DNA of 64,000 bases from Takakia lepidozioides (GCA_030704615.1 CM060732.1:57350001-57414000), one strand, 5' to 3'. Shown: positions 1-13,547, counted from the stretch's first letter. Made by a program: numbers and translations. The notes: generated by a model not told the origin, from the letters alone.

Positions 1-430
1 AAGGTCTTCTATGTATCCCACTACGTCTCCTATGTCGAGGCCCAAGTGCGATCTCTAGGGTAGCATGTGCCATTGGCCCATGTGTGAAGAATTGAAATCT
101 AAAGTGCAATCTCCTATACATCCAAGCGCTTCTCCCCTGTATAGGCCAAAGTGCAACCTCTACTGTCCAATGTCATCTAAGTCCAAGTGCAATCCCAAAG
201 CCCACTTTGCTATTTTTGCAATCTCCCCTGTCCAGTGTTGACATATTGACATCCCAGTTTGCTATTTTTCATGAATTTCCAGTGACCAAAAATACTTAAA
301 ATTTCAAATCTCCCACATGAAGGGCCAATCATTGCTCCAGGTAAGCCCACTTTGCCATTTTTCACGAATTTCCAACGACCAAAAGTACTTGAAATTCGAC
401 ATCTCCCACACCGCAGGTCCAAAAATCATA
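1..430 (-). repeat. Fragment of the non-autonomous Helitron-like repeat family also found at 47.8-49.0 kb and 50.3-51.6 kb
   Basis: Reverse complement shares blocks with 50450-50640 and 48300-48470, e.g. gatttttggacctgcggtgtgggagatgt, aaaaatggcaaagtgggc, catgctaccctagag. Confidence 0.7.
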
Positions 431-599
431 ACTACGTGGGATCTTACCTTCACCTAAATTTCATGGTATTTTGCCGTCGGAATGAAAGTCTTATAATTTT
501 TTTTCTTCTAATTGTTTTGTGAGCATGAAATGTTTTTGCAACCTCTCCAAAGTAGGAAACAAATTCACAAATCTGTTCAAATATGGTCAAACCAATTGA

Positions 600-1634
600 A
601 ACCCCATTCAACGTGGTTTGAATGTCACACGACTCTGTTGACCAACTTCTCTTGATTTTTCAGAGTTTTTGGGTCGATTGTGTAACATTTTATGAAATTG
701 TCAAGAACCCTGAGCAATTAACTGCACATTATATTGACTTTGCAACTAGCCTAGACCATAGCAATCAGGCTTATAATGGTCATGAGGATTTCTTGCTGTT
801 CAACACCACAATTGCAGGGTGATCAGTTGGAAATGTGCCTGGATCTCTGCAAAGTATCTCAAGCTTACCCTTGAAGTTGTTGTCTCTCTACAGCTGCGGC
901 TATGGCAGCCAGCTCGATAAAGGCTCTACTCATCCTGGTGGGCCCACCAACAGCACAACTGCAGCCGCAGGCGACTCGGGACCGGTTTCTCCCACTCAAC
1001 AGTTGCAGTCACCTCGTGGAAGGCAGTCGCCGCTTAGACCACAGTCACCATCTGTGTCTCTTGCGCGCCCTCAATCACCGGCTGCATCCGTCCCAAGTGG
1101 ATCTGCTCGATACCCCTCACCTAAGAAGGCCCACAATCCCTCAGCCCCTCGGTCTCCTCGTGATGCACAAACATGCAGTAAAGGACACGGCCGAGCTACT
1201 CCAAGGACGTCCCCCACTCGATTGCCATCTCAGTCCCCCACCTGCACTTGCACACCCTTCCAAGCATTGCTCACCTTCTTTCGACAAATCGCTTCTCTCA
1301 CTTTTAAAACAAAAACCACAAGTGCTAAAACTAAACTCACCTCTGGCACTCATAGATGCAAGATCATCTCTCTCGAGTGATAGAAAACTAAAACCCACAA
1401 CAACCTATTCTCCCTACATAGCACACTCAGATTCTAAAGCGTGAAGGAGCTCGGTCATGCAGGCTCAACTCGAGAGAGATGAGCCACACGGCTGACGCTC
1501 TCGTGAAGATAAGACGGTTCAGGTGTCAAACTAAACTTGACACCTGACTTAACACTTGAACTAAATCCAAGTGTTAAATACAAATAACTAGCTTTATTCT
1601 AGTTAGTTTCACACTGTGTTTATTTAACTTGACA
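600..1634 (-). mobile_element. 5' portion of the DNMT-bearing Gypsy-like element, now inverted relative to its gag-pol
   Basis: Starts TGTCAAGTT at 1634 on the minus strand, next to TSD ACGG (1635-1638, reverse complement). 1394-1634 matches 21010-21250. The inner boundary (~600) is approximate. Confidence 0.75.
1394..1634 (-). repeat. Terminal repeat B1 (241 bp) of the retroelement
   Basis: Reverse complement equals 21010-21250, with 3 mismatches seen. Contains three adjacent hairpins. Confidence 0.95.
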
Positions 1635-4600
1635 CCGTTCAGCAGACTGCTGACGACGCCATTACTCAGCAGACTGACCCACTGCAACAAAAAGAGCATG
1701 GACAGACTGTCAACACTATCCCAACCACTGTTCAAGAGAGTGGGCGCACTATAGGCCACACCGAGGACGAGGAGACTCATGAGCAGACCGGCGAGCAAAC
1801 TGAAGGACTGCCTCTGCACCAGACCGTGCAACATACCGATGACGTCGCGGTCAAGCAGACCGTCCACCATACCAATGAGCAGACCGGGCTGCAGACGGAT
1901 GACCTGGCTGTGCACCAGCAGACTGTGCAGCATACCATTGAGCAGACCGTCCAGCAAACTGAAAGCAGTCACCACAATGACAGTGCCCTGCAGACTGTCC
2001 AGCAGATTCACGATCACACTGACTCGGAGGACCCAACTACACTTCCTGTCCACCAGTCTGGATCCTGGCTCGTTGAACAGAGTCGGCTGCACTGGCCTCA
2101 ACGGGACCTTGTCTCTGAATTTGTGGGGAGTTCTATCAGTGCATTGACGGAGTCTTCTTTTCCCGCCCGGCCATCTTCACATATTGACGCATCGTTTGAG
2201 GATATAAGCCGGGCACCGGTAAACCATTCTTCTCCAGTGACCCATGGCCTGCCAACTATTTGCATTCAGCTCAGCCCGGTTTTGGTTCGTTCGCTTGCGA
2301 AAGCTATAGATGATTGTTACGCGATTGATCGCAATATGGGAACTCAACCCCGTATCATTGACCTTACTGAAGAACTAGACGATGTAGTTGCCGCGGATAA
2401 TTTAGATGTCGGCGGTAGTCAAGGTTTTTCTACATCAGACCCTGAAGACACAGTTGACTTGCAAGTTGATAGATTGATCCCCTCCCTGCAAGAGCAGACC
2501 GACCACAAGAGTGACCACCAGGCTGAGCAACAGACTGACCAGAACAAAAAGCAGACAAAGCACCAGACTGACCAGACTGAGGACAATGAGCAACAGACTG
2601 ACCAGAACAAAAAGCAGACAAAGCACCAGACTGACCAGACTGAGGACAATGAGCAACAGACTGACGCTGAACATGGTCCTCTGAAGGAGGGCCAACATGC
2701 CGTTCGCCCCGCCCACGAGAGTGTCTACCAGACTCGACAGCAGACTGACCAGAGCGGCGAGCAGACTAAGCAGCAAACTGGCCAGACTGAGGACACTGAG
2801 CAGCAGACCGATGCCGAACATGGACAGACTAAGGGCCAAGATGCCGTTCCCCCCGCACACGAGAGTGTCCACCAGACTTGACAGCAGACTGACCATAGTG
2901 GTGAGCAGACTGAGCATCAGGCTAACCGCTCTGAGCAGCACAGTCAGACTGTCGTTCAAGCAGGGGAGCAGTCTGCCCAGTCGCTTCCTTCCAATGACGC
3001 CGTACAGGTTGTGCCCTGCCGTCTTCCACCTCTGTGATTTCAGATTTATGTTCAATTTCTGTGTATTTGACAGGATCTATTGTACCTACAGGACTTGAGG
3101 ACACTGTTTCCCTCCCAGGCAATGCCACAACCCGCCAATGTTGCTCACGTTGGCTCCACAACCAGAAAAGGTGGCTTACTTATAACGCCAACAGATGCAC
3201 GGATAAGTTCAACGCATGCAACCCGTGAGGCTGCCAATACAGGTCCTGCAAGTGTGAACAAGCCTGCAGACACAGTCATCTTGCGAAGCAGGACTGCATC
3301 ACTTCGTCAGTCTGCTGAATCAAACCAGGCCACAGTAGTCGCCGAATCCCTGGGCACAAGTAGAGCGAAGAAGCGGACTGTCGTGGAGCAGACTCTGGAA
3401 ATTCGGGAGGGTCCTATTGCCTAGAAACCTGCGAAGAAAGGCAAGTCCGTTGTCTTCATGAACAAGGACCGCAAAATGGCATTGGATACGGACAAGGAAG
3501 TGGTTCTTCAGCGAGAAATGCACCAGTGAGTAGTCCTCCCAGTTTGCTGAGTCTGGTAACTCCAGTTTGCTCAAAAGTGCGAGTCTGCTCAGTCCGCTCG
3601 GTATGGGCAGTCTGTTGAATGGAGTCAGTCCGCTTAGACTGTTGCGTACATGGGTTTTCACACAAGACCGTGGTCTGTGTGCATGTTGGGTTCTCGTTTT
3701 GCCGCGGCCCTGCGACGGAATGTCGCGGCCGGCAATTGCATGGTTCACTTTTATGAAGGCGACCCCCGGTATGAGTGCTCCATCGGGCCTCCGGACTTGA
3801 AGCCACTTGAGAAGGTGGAGTCGGAGTGCACAGATAGAATGCTGGAGCTGTGGTGTCGTTTCTATGAGAAGACGGTTGAAGACAAGTACTCAAGTATTGT
3901 TGCTCTTCTGCCAGCCTCAACGTGGTATCGTATGATGACACATTGGGATGAGCCATGGGAAAGGCTAGTGGAGTATCTGCATTCTTGCTGGAGCGTCCCT
4001 CGGCTCGGCAAAGACATAATCGTTCCGATTGTGGAGGAGTAAGATCTCGCATACCCAGTCTGTTCTGTCTTTTGAATGAAGACAGTCTGCTCGGTCTGCC
4101 CACTCAGCCCTGAGTCTGCTCAATTTGCCGAGTCTGCTGAGTCTGCTCATTATGCCGAGTCTGCTGGGTGATGAGTCTTCTGAGTCTGCTGAGTCGTGAC
4201 TCTGCCGAGTCGGCTGAGTGTAGTGGGACCCGTGCAGTGTGGGAGTCTATAGAGTCTGTTGGAGAGGCAATTGGAGTCGTTTGCTGGGTGGACTGCTGTC
4301 GTGAGACTCATGAGATTCGTCTTGCAGGGCGCACCGGAGTGTTGTTGTCATCGACGTGCGGAAAGGCTGATACACTCACATGAACTCCATCGAGTCTTTG
4401 CATGGTTGCCCATATGTTTTGTCATGGATACGGAAGCTGCATGCGGAGTGTTTAGGCTACAGTGTTGATTCACCGGGTTGGGAGGAAGTTAAGGCATTTC
4501 AGTTCAACCAGCCTGAAGTGCCCCAACAGCCATTCAGCTGGGAATGCGGGTTTTACCTCATGTCCTTCATCCAAGGTTATTATGAATGGCTACAAACTGG

Positions 4601-4751
4601 GCATACTCGAACCTCTTCTAAAAGGGCAGAGAGAGGAGTACCTTTCACAAAACACTGGTTTACGTTCAAGTTTGCACTTGGCCAACGGATGCAGTGTCTT
4701 AAGTACATCTTGACTGGTTTGAGTGCTGCTGAGAAAGCAATATCCTCATAG
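1635..4751 (+). pseudogene. 3' part of the MULE accessory gene: Q/T-rich low-complexity region plus Ulp1-like (peptidase C48) domain
   Basis: STWYRMM..KDIIVPIVEE exon (3650-4040), then HRSVVVIDVRKG*YTHMNS and VPQQPFSWECGFY. These match the Ulp1 H/D/Q/C motifs, with D as N and an in-frame TGA. GT-AG introns. Confidence 0.75.
2525..2665 (+). repeat. 63-bp tandem repeat encoding EQQTDQNKKQTKHQTDQTEDN
   Basis: gagcaacagactgac recurs at 2525, 2588 and 2651. Confidence 0.9.
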
Positions 4752-5375
4752 ATATCCATCTGGGTCCGAGATTAGAGGTGCACCATAGGACGCATTTGTC
4801 ATGTAAGCATGCTTTTGAACATTTGCAACGAAATGAAATATGACTTTGTATACACATCCTATTGGTCGCATATGAGTGTAGTGTGGAGTCGTCGCTATAG
4901 ATTTGTGACCAATTCACTGCATGTTGTTAAGCGGACTTACCTCTGCACACACAATCATTTTGTTTAACATACCAAGGGAGTCCACTGGTCAGCAAACAGC
5001 CACCGAGAGTCAGCAGACTGCCAAAGTACGGGAAGAGGGTATGCCTAGGCTTATGAGCAGACAGATGGCAATGTCGCCAGACTGACGAGAGTCCGACAGA
5101 CTGAGGAGTTGGGACCGGTCCGGCAGACTGGCAGATGCGATTGGGAACCATGAGTCTGCACTAGTGAGCAGACTGTCGAGAGTCACCGGAGTGGTATAGT
5201 ACAGGCGGATGGCATTGGCCAGTAGACTGCCAAGTCTGGTCAGCAGAGTAATGAGAGTCCACCGTGCTGAGAATGGCCAGTCTGATGGGCAGACCGCATG
5301 AGGCTCACTGGTCAGCCAGGTGCAGGCACGTTCAAAACCGGGAGACTGGTCTGCTCAGGAGAAGTCTGGCACATC

Positions 5376-5500
5376 AGACTGGTTCAGATACCAGAAGAGT
5401 GGGTGAGCAGACTGGTTCAGACACCAGAAGACTGGTTGAGCAGACTGGATCAGACGGTAGAAGACTGATTGAGCAGACTGGTTTAGACGCCAAAAGATTG
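5376..5500 (+). repeat. 33-bp tandem repeat between the two convergent MULE genes
   Basis: About 4 units of agactggttcagacaccagaagactggttgagc. Confidence 0.85.
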
Positions 5501-5565
5501 GTTTACCAGGCTGGTTGGCAGGCAGGTTGGACATCTGGTGCACATGCAATCGTACTGCCGAAATT

Positions 5566-8500
5566 TTATTTCATGGGGAGAATGATACTGTACCATTTCT
5601 TACATTTCCTACTCTTCTTTAAATCTGGTATACGGTCTGCGACTCTCCGGATTGTGGAGTATATGTGTGCTACAGGTGTTGGGGCACCAACCCTCTTCCC
5701 TATGTTGCGTAAGACCCTGGGTCGCGTTTTCCATGCCTCAACGAAATCTCGTTTCCTTTTCAGCGACATATTGTTGTTGTCATTTACAGGACGGAAGTTC
5801 TTTGCTGCCGCAGGGTGCAGCATTCCTGCAACACTCTTGGCGAGAATATCAACAAGCTGTCCCCTACAGATACGAAGAGAAGACAACACATGTTTCTGCA
5901 GGTATTTGTCGTCTCCAACAATGCGAAGTATGTCTGCAAATTCTTCATCAATGGAGGATGGTACGAGGACAGGCTCCGCATCATAGGGGAAGTCATCTGT
6001 GGAAGGGTCCTCTGTTGCATTTCCCAACCCTCTTCGTCGCTGACACTTGCATGAACCCTAAACACACTATGCAATCCTCCATGAATGGTTCCCAGCATCG
6101 TGCCACAAGCGCGCACTATGAGTCCATCCTGCACGTGTGGATGAAGCAACTTCAGGACTCGGACTTGATGCTTGCACAAATTGCCCTTCATTGCCAATGG
6201 GCAAGTGCAAAAAGCTCATTCGCATCCGGGGTTGTAAGCAATGTAAATTGTGTTTGGGTGATTGGTGCTTAGAACATAGGCTGGTTGCCCAGGATGGAAC
6301 GGAAGAGTGACATTGCAAGCTGGGATATCGCGTGCCGCAAGCACAGAACTGGACATGTACTTATCCTGTTTGTCATTCCTTATGAATCCGTGCGTCTTCA
6401 GGTGAATTGCATACCAGTAGTGTGTTAGCACACGGCTTGTGAGTTCCCATATGAGCCAATCCACTCTACGCCTAGTCATTTTGCCTTTCCCCATCCTCAG
6501 TCTTGCCTTCAAGTTTCCATGGTATGCCTCAATGCTAGCATTGGTGTCTTGACTGGCATGCGGAACATGGCCAGTTGCTGTACACCACATTGCTATTTTA
6601 GGACGCCATTCCTTATCGATGTAGTCCAGAAATTCATGCCCATTCGGATATTTCTTTCTCATGCGTCGGAGCGTTGTTGCTACCCATGCAAGACCTTCTT
6701 TGGGATTGATTGGTCCACCTCTACAGTACATGAGGTCTCCCATATCTTTCAGCAAATTTGCGGCAGTGATAGGATCTTTGGTTTTCGCGCATGATTGCTT
6801 CACCCAAGCCCGCCGGACATGCCAAAGGCACAGGAAAATGAGCACTTCTCAAAAAACAGCCCTGCAAAGTACACATGCCCACATGAGAGACTTCAAAGAG
6901 GACTTCGTCGATGGACTTGGGCACTAACCCAGTAGACTGTCTAGTTGACTGGTCTGCCCGTATGTTCCAAACGGATTCAGGCAGCAGACTCGCCCACTCT
7001 GACCTGCCATGAGTGTTGTCCTCACGGCACCGGACTTGCCTGCGAGCGGACTTGCTCGACCAGACTGAGGTCGCAGCAGACTCGCGCACATGTCTTGCAG
7101 CGGACTACTTGCAAACAATCCGCTCCGACGGCCTCGCCTGCAAGCGGACTTGCTCGACCAGACTGAGGTCGCAGCAGACTCGCGCACATGAGTCTTGCAG
7201 CGGACTGCTTGCGAACAGTCCCCTCCGGCGGACTTGCCTGCCAGCGGACTTGCTCGACCAGACTGAGGTCGCAGCAGACTCGCGCACGTGAGTCTTTGCA
7301 GCGGACTGCTTGCGAACAGTACCCTCTGGCGGACCTGCCTGCCAGCGGACTTGCTCAACCAGACTGAGGTCGCAGCAGACTCACGCACGTGAGTCTTGCA
7401 GCGGATTGCTTGCAAATAGTCCCCTCCGGCGGACTGGCCTGCCAGCGGACTTGCCCTTAGGAGACCGGCAGCAGACTTACCCAGACGTTGCTAGCAGCAC
7501 ACCCGAGCAGACTGACCTTGCAACATATTTGCACAAGTGAGTCTTCCAGCGGACTTCGCTAGAGGACATTATCAGCGGACTGGTTTGCCAGCAGACTTGC
7601 AGAAATGAATGGGCCGGACTTGCAGCCAGGACTGCGTTGTATGGCAGGGGACTTGCCGAAGAGACAGACAATGGACGCAGACGATGGACTTGCACGCGAG
7701 TGTACAGGAGGGTACGTGAAACTTTAATGGCGTTTATTTCGGCGTCGGCATCGTCCACAATGAAGGCATTGGGTCGCCAGTCCGACATTTCTGCGATGAG
7801 AGAGTCTCGCAAGGCTGCCATCCACGGCACCAGGTCTGTTGTCCGCTCACGGGCGCATATGATGTACGCAACTGGTATACCGTTAAGCCACTCGTCGAAG
7901 ACCATCAACATGTACAATGGGAACTGTTCAAATGCAGAATGTCAGATGCTGCAAGTGTGCGTACATCCACTACTTCTGCAAGTGGATAAATTATGAAAGG
8001 GATGAAGAGTACCTTGTGGTGATTTGTCCCGAAGGTTGCATCGCATGCAACGATACGGGCATGGCCTAATTGAAGCATTTGCTTCTTCTGCCACTCAGTC
8101 TGTATGCCGATTATGAATGTTAAGTCGCCATCGTAGTGCTTGAATGTTGGCGCCAATTTCTCCTCTTGATAGAAGAAGACCGATTTCGGGTTCTGGTCTT
8201 TCCACATGCGGACACTCTCCGCATCGTTGGCATGTTTTTTGAACGTTTGCCACGCCCGTTTCTCGGCCAAGTTGTGCACATCCTGCTCCAGCAAAAAATC
8301 GTCCCGTGTCCATGCATCCCCCAACCCGGTGTTGTTCATGACGTGCTCTTTATGTTCCATCATGATTTGGGTGACTGACAGGCCTTGGCACAGACACCCC
8401 ATGACCTACGCTTTCAATTCCTCGCTAATGTGTGGTGCATAGGCGTGGCGAGTGTTCCTGAACTCAACGGACTTCCCATGACAGGCGTTCTCTTTCGCGT

Positions 8501-9196
8501 CTGTATGCTCCATATTGTTGTAGTACGTGAGGACACAAATGTCGGGGGCGAGATAGCATTGCTGGACCTTGAAACAGCACTGGTAACCACGCTTGTAAGA
8601 CTCTCCATATTCCGACTTCTTTCTCCTTGGGCCTTTATGAGGGTGAGATGTTCCAACACCCACAAGAGGTCCTCCACGTTTCAGTTTGGGATCCTCCACT
8701 ATCGCATTGTTGGTGCGCTTGTCATCTAGACCGTAGCAGCATTGATACCTGGACATAAAAATCACAATGGATATCCATCGACTTCTGGAAGCATGAAATC
8801 ACAGAACATGGGTACGAAAAATGGCAACAGACATGCAATCATACTACAAAAGGACGATGAGGATGGAGCACACATGACACATTTCAGAGAACTGCTGGCT
8901 CTCGGCTCTTTTAGCATGCCAGGTTGCACTTTAGTATGGACATTCACCCAAAACTGAGTGGGGTAGTCCACCAAACTCTCCTCTCCAAGGAGAAAGTCAT
9001 CAACTCTATCCCACGGTATGCAGGCCTTCAGAACATTCTGTCTGGCACCCACATAACCATATTGCGTGTCTCTCTTCTATTGGAGGTCCTTCGTGTTGAA
9101 GGGTCCTGGTTTGGGTGTTTGCAAACTTTGTTGAAGAGGCCGTATAATCCAGCATCCCGTTTTCAGTATATCATCACCTTCTGCTTCCACGTCCAT
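5566..9196 (-). pseudogene. MULE (MuDRA-like) DDE transposase with SWIM zinc finger; multi-exon, with premature stops
   Basis: Motifs IVACDATFGTN (D1), FIVDDADAEINAI (D2), LCLWHVRRAW (CxxH), TNASIEAYHGNLK (E) and CTCPLAMKGNLCKH (SWIM). In-frame stops at 9077-9079 and 6216-6218. Confidence 0.92.
7032..7455. repeat. ~100-bp tandem array (4+ copies) in a transposase intron
   Basis: gcggacttgctc(g/a)accagactgaggtcgcagcagactc at ~7046, 7144, 7244 and 7345. Confidence 0.92.
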
Positions 9197-9332
9197 GCCC
9201 TGTATAGTACAGAGCACACGCTTCAGAACCTGCAAGAAACGTGCCGCAATACACTGGACACGATGGACAACGTGCAAGGAGCATCAGTGCGCACGTTCGC
9301 AGCTGCTGGCAAGTGGCAGGTGGCTTAGAATT

Positions 9333-9866
9333 CATGCCCTAAAAATGGAGGGCTCAGATGGCATTTGCGAACGGACGGTCCAGATGCGGCATCATCAGTG
9401 GACTGGAGGAAAGCGGACTCATGGGCGGCGGACTGGCGGGCAGACTGTTGGGTGGACTGGCCGGGACTGGCACAACGGACTGGCATGGATGGCACGGATG
9501 GGTTTCTCAGAATGGACGATCCAGATCCTTCGGCCGGCACGGATTGGCAGACTGGCAGACTGGGGGGGGCAGCAGACGGGCACAACGGACTGTTGGGTGG
9601 ACTTGCGGGGACTGGCACAACGAACTGGCGTGCAGACTGGCGGTTTGGCGGACTGAGGGGAACTGGACTCACGGGCAGCGGACTGGCGGGTGGACTGGCC
9701 GCGCCGGACGGGGGGGCGCGGCTGGTGGGGCCGCGGCAGCAGGTGGGCGACCGCGCACAGCGGCGGGCGGGGGGGTCCGGGTGGGGGAGCCGGGCGTCCG
9801 TGCGCGGGGCCCACCGGTCAGCTCGCGCGTGCGCCACAACGTCCCAATTATTGTAAAATGAGAGGC
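9333..9866. repeat. MULE left TIR (GC-rich, ~530 bp)
   Basis: Colinear with 26079-26490, with indels. Both end gtcccaattattgtaaaatgagaggc. Confidence 0.9.
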
Positions 9867-11467
9867 GTTTATTAGCTATTACTATTATTTTATTTTATAT
9901 ATATATGTACTATTTGAGACTTTCCTCACCATAAGACCAAAAAGTTGAGCTTATGAGGGTTTTGAAAACTGGATAAGCCATTAATTATTTGTTTGATGGT
10001 TTTATCATATTTAATATATAAAACTGCTTTAATTTTTTATTTTTTTTATTTTTTTATTTTTGAGAAAGGGGAGGTAGCCCCTGAGAGTTTTATTGAGGAT
10101 TGTTAAAGGGAAAAAATTAAACCCTTATTGACATTGATTTTGTGAAGAAACAACAGAAATGAAGAGAGTAATAAGGTACTAGAGTACATTCGCACAAAAG
10201 ATTTTCAAAATTCTGTTATTTTTGGATCTCACGCAGCTGAAAATGACGACAATGATGGCATGGTTGACGATGGTGTGGCGACGATAATATTATTCAAAAT
10301 TCAGTTTTTCTTTTCGAGACAGCTGAAAAAATACTACACGAACAATGATGATCTTGGTATGACGATGACGTAACGCTATAGCACCCTATTCTTGCTCTAC
10401 ACTAAAACTAGTCTCCGACCTTCAGTTGTCACTAGAATTTCTAGGTCTATGGATGTTTAGGTAGGGAGATACACCCTCAAAATGGTATATCAAAATATGG
10501 AGGCAATTTGTTTGTTTGTTTTGTTTTGTTTTGTAGTGTCGTTGAGATCTCCGAAACCGCGGAGTCCGAGCCCCGGTGCTTGCATCGGTCATGCTTACGG
10601 GTCTGGACTTTCCAATGGAAACATTTGGGCTGGACAAAGAAAAGGAGTCAGACCTGTCGATAAAGGAAAGCTGCGGTCGTGGTAATACACTCTGCTTTGA
10701 ACCCCAGGATCCACAATCGTCCCATGAGTTCAAGACCGAGTTATCCATCGGCATTTGATCGCTAGCATAGGGGTACTGATTGCAGCCCACATACACTGAA
10801 GGCATCCCAAGCTTTGGCTTGTACTGCACTTTGGTCGAAGATTGAATGGAGGTTTTGGCAACTGACAAATTCATTGAGCTGCGCTGACTCCCAGCCAGCG
10901 ATGGTGTCAAGCAGAGACCGCCAATGCTGCTTTGTTGAGGCTTCGTAGGGATAATGGAAACACCTATGAAGGGGGTTGCTGAGGATGACAAGTAGGGCAC
11001 TGTCATTGCGAACTGGTTCTTGAAGGCATTCGATGTGGACATCCCAACCAAGGAGCTGTTGGATGAGAGTGGGGTGGTTGCATCAACAGGTCTGTTGCCG
11101 ATGAGACAGGTGCTTGTGGAGTAGTTGTCCAGAGCCCCTGTGGGGGTGAATGTATTGGAACGGGACGATGCTGTGCTGCCTAGCTTCCCCAGTTGGACTT
11201 CCGTCAGTTGCTGGTTCAACCACCTGCACCCAATACCAGGAACACCTCTATCAAGACTCCTGGGCGTTCAAAATTGCACTGGCAAGTTTTCTTGAGCAGC
11301 ATTTGTGGGGTTCTTTCAATCTGTCCTCCCCAGTTCATTTCATTTCCCTGGAGTCCCTGCACACCGAAGTGAAACTGAAGGCATAGTCACAACACGGAAT
11401 ATATAAATGCAGACTTTCTACTGGCGCTAAAGGCATCTCAAACAGGACTGAGAACTGAAAGCACAGC

Positions 11468-11560
11468 TGAAGAAGAGTTGCATCCCGCACCCTTCTCCTT
11501 AGCTCCTCATCCAATATCCCGTACCAGAATTGGACTACTTGAGCTTCCGTAACCAACTGG
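11468..11560 (-). pseudogene. Short gag relic from a relative of the DNMT retroelement
   Basis: VTEAQVVQFWYGILDEELRRRVRDATLLQ is near-identical to the gag at 14150-14240. Confidence 0.85.
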
Positions 11561-13547
11561 GGCAAAAAGTGTGAAAGAGCAGCCCTGACGCTAGAGGCAT
11601 GGCAGACCCGGGGTGCAGGACGAGCAGGGGCTGCCAAGCGTGTGCCTGCGAAGGAGGATCCCAGCACTGCAACCTCTGTTGGTAGATTGCAATTCCACCA
11701 TTTTGGGCACTTGCAGGGCACGGTATTTTGACCTTGATGGGAACCTGCAGTGAATCGCAAAAACGTGGGAATAGTTTTTAATGGCGAGAACGTTGTGGTG
11801 TTAAAAAATAAAAATAAAAAACCTTTTTTTTAATCTAATTTAAATGATTTAGAGCCTAATTGGTCATATCTTTGTCAAATGGACTCCGTTTGACTCAGTT
11901 TTTGGGGGGATAGCTGCAGAAAAGGGAAATCTACCTATCTAGATGTGGTTTTAGTTTTTTTTGGACTCTGCTAAAAATCTATGGAATTTTTTGAGTGTGA
12001 GTGTGCTATGAAAGATCCACAATTCTTTTTCTAGAACCTGTTGTGGTCTACATGAGAGACAAATCTGGGGATGCCCTCCTTGTATGGATGGGGGCAATGA
12101 GGACGTAATTGAAGGGCAGGTCTTTTCTCTTTAGCCTGTGCAAGATTTATGTTTCTCAAGGAACTCAGACTGATTTGAGTGGAGAGCAGTTGGACGAGTT
12201 GATTGCATACTGGGAGTCAGGCATTAGCAGTAGACAACAAACTGCTGTAGTTGGCGTTGAGGGCCTCAATATTGCTTTGGACAGTCAGAACTCTGTTGGA
12301 GCCAGCAGTTCTGCAGCTGTAGGTGAAATACCAAAGTGGGTGAAAGCTAGGCTTGGAACACAGCCAAAGACAGCCCCAGGGACCAAGGTGTTCAGCCACA
12401 AGGCCGTGGTGTATTGGAGCAGAGGAGCAGGAGCAGGAGCTACACAAGTTCTTGCAATCAGACATGGTTGCAGCCGGACACGCTCTGCACAAGGCAACCA
12501 TGAGCGGGGGTTCATTAGCAATGACAAGTTTGTTTTGCTTGAAGGAGATGCAGTCATTCGCAATGAGGACACCCCCAACCGTCTCAAAGCTTTCGAGTTG
12601 AGAGACTGTCAGACCCTACCTTTATTTTCTTTAGTGTTCAGTGAGCGGGAGATAGGGAGTATTGCTTTGTCTCTACATGGCAGAAAGAGGAGGAGGGTTC
12701 GTTAGAGCGAGCTACTGTAGCTTGGGACAAGGTTAGTGGCAGGTTTCTGGACATAGATATACCTCCTACACCTTACCATTATGCAGAGCGAGGCACTTTG
12801 AGAGAAGTCTGGCAGTTGATAGCATAGATCAGGATTAGATCTTGCTTGGTCGGGCTTCTATTCTTCCCCTCCATCTCTTTACTATTTTCATTACTTTGTA
12901 CTTGTAGTTGCCAAAGCCTCTCTTGGTGGAGGCCAGTCAGTCCGGGGTTTTGGGCTGGGATATTCTGCAGGATCAACATTGCAGATGGATTTTGGTGTGG
13001 GGGTGTTGATGTTTTGATTTCTTGTGTTTGGATCCCCCCCAACACCTGCATGCTTGACTGTGCGCCATGTTGGTTTTGTGTGGGCGCTTGCTTTCATAGG
13101 GATTAGGCCGGATTTGATCACCGGTCAATCCTAGAGTATGCTGTCGGTGGTGAGGCTGGAGTGATGACCAGCAAGACCACCAGTGTTTCTTCTATGGTGA
13201 GACTGGGTTGATGACCAGCCAACCATAGGAGTTCGTGCGGTGGATGCAGGTGCAGGTGCCCTGAGCCACTAGGATATGACCCTTAAACTGCAACAGGTGC
13301 CCACCCGTGTCACTATTAGAATTAGTACTAGAGCCTTATACTGTCACGTGTGGAGGTGCACATTGTGAGTGTCATCACGGAGTTACCCAAGGGTTTTGAG
13401 GGGAGTACGGCTACAGGCAGTATCAGTGAGAGTGGGTTCACAAGACGAGGTATTCGGTTCAGACCACCTTCACCTCCACCCTCAACTAGTGCAGAGTCAG
13501 ACACAGACTCGGAGGCTTCATCAACAGGTGTGTAGTTTCATTCACCA

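Larger units (their letters stand above)
1635..9866 (-). mobile_element. Left half of a Mutator-like element (MULE), inverted relative to the right half
   Basis: TIR ends ...ttgtaaaatgagaggc at 9866. Flank 9867-9875 (gtttattag) is the reverse complement of 26491-26499 (ctaataaac), a 9-bp TSD. Contains the MULE transposase. Confidence 0.92.

Noticed and set aside
7032-7455. Regularly spaced repeats resembling a CRISPR array
   Set aside because: The intervening sequences are homologous to each other, so this is a tandem repeat in a eukaryotic intron. No cas genes.
9195-9875. Overlapping G/R/P-rich ORFs here and at 25946-26485
   Set aside because: By-products of GC-rich TIR sequence.
802-11802. 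Inverted 10-bp match (aacaccacaa / ttgtggtgtt) as the inversion breakpoints
   Set aside because: Short enough to be chance, and both copies appear to sit inside continuous sequence (an open frame at 622-822 and an AT-rich repeat at 11.8 kb).
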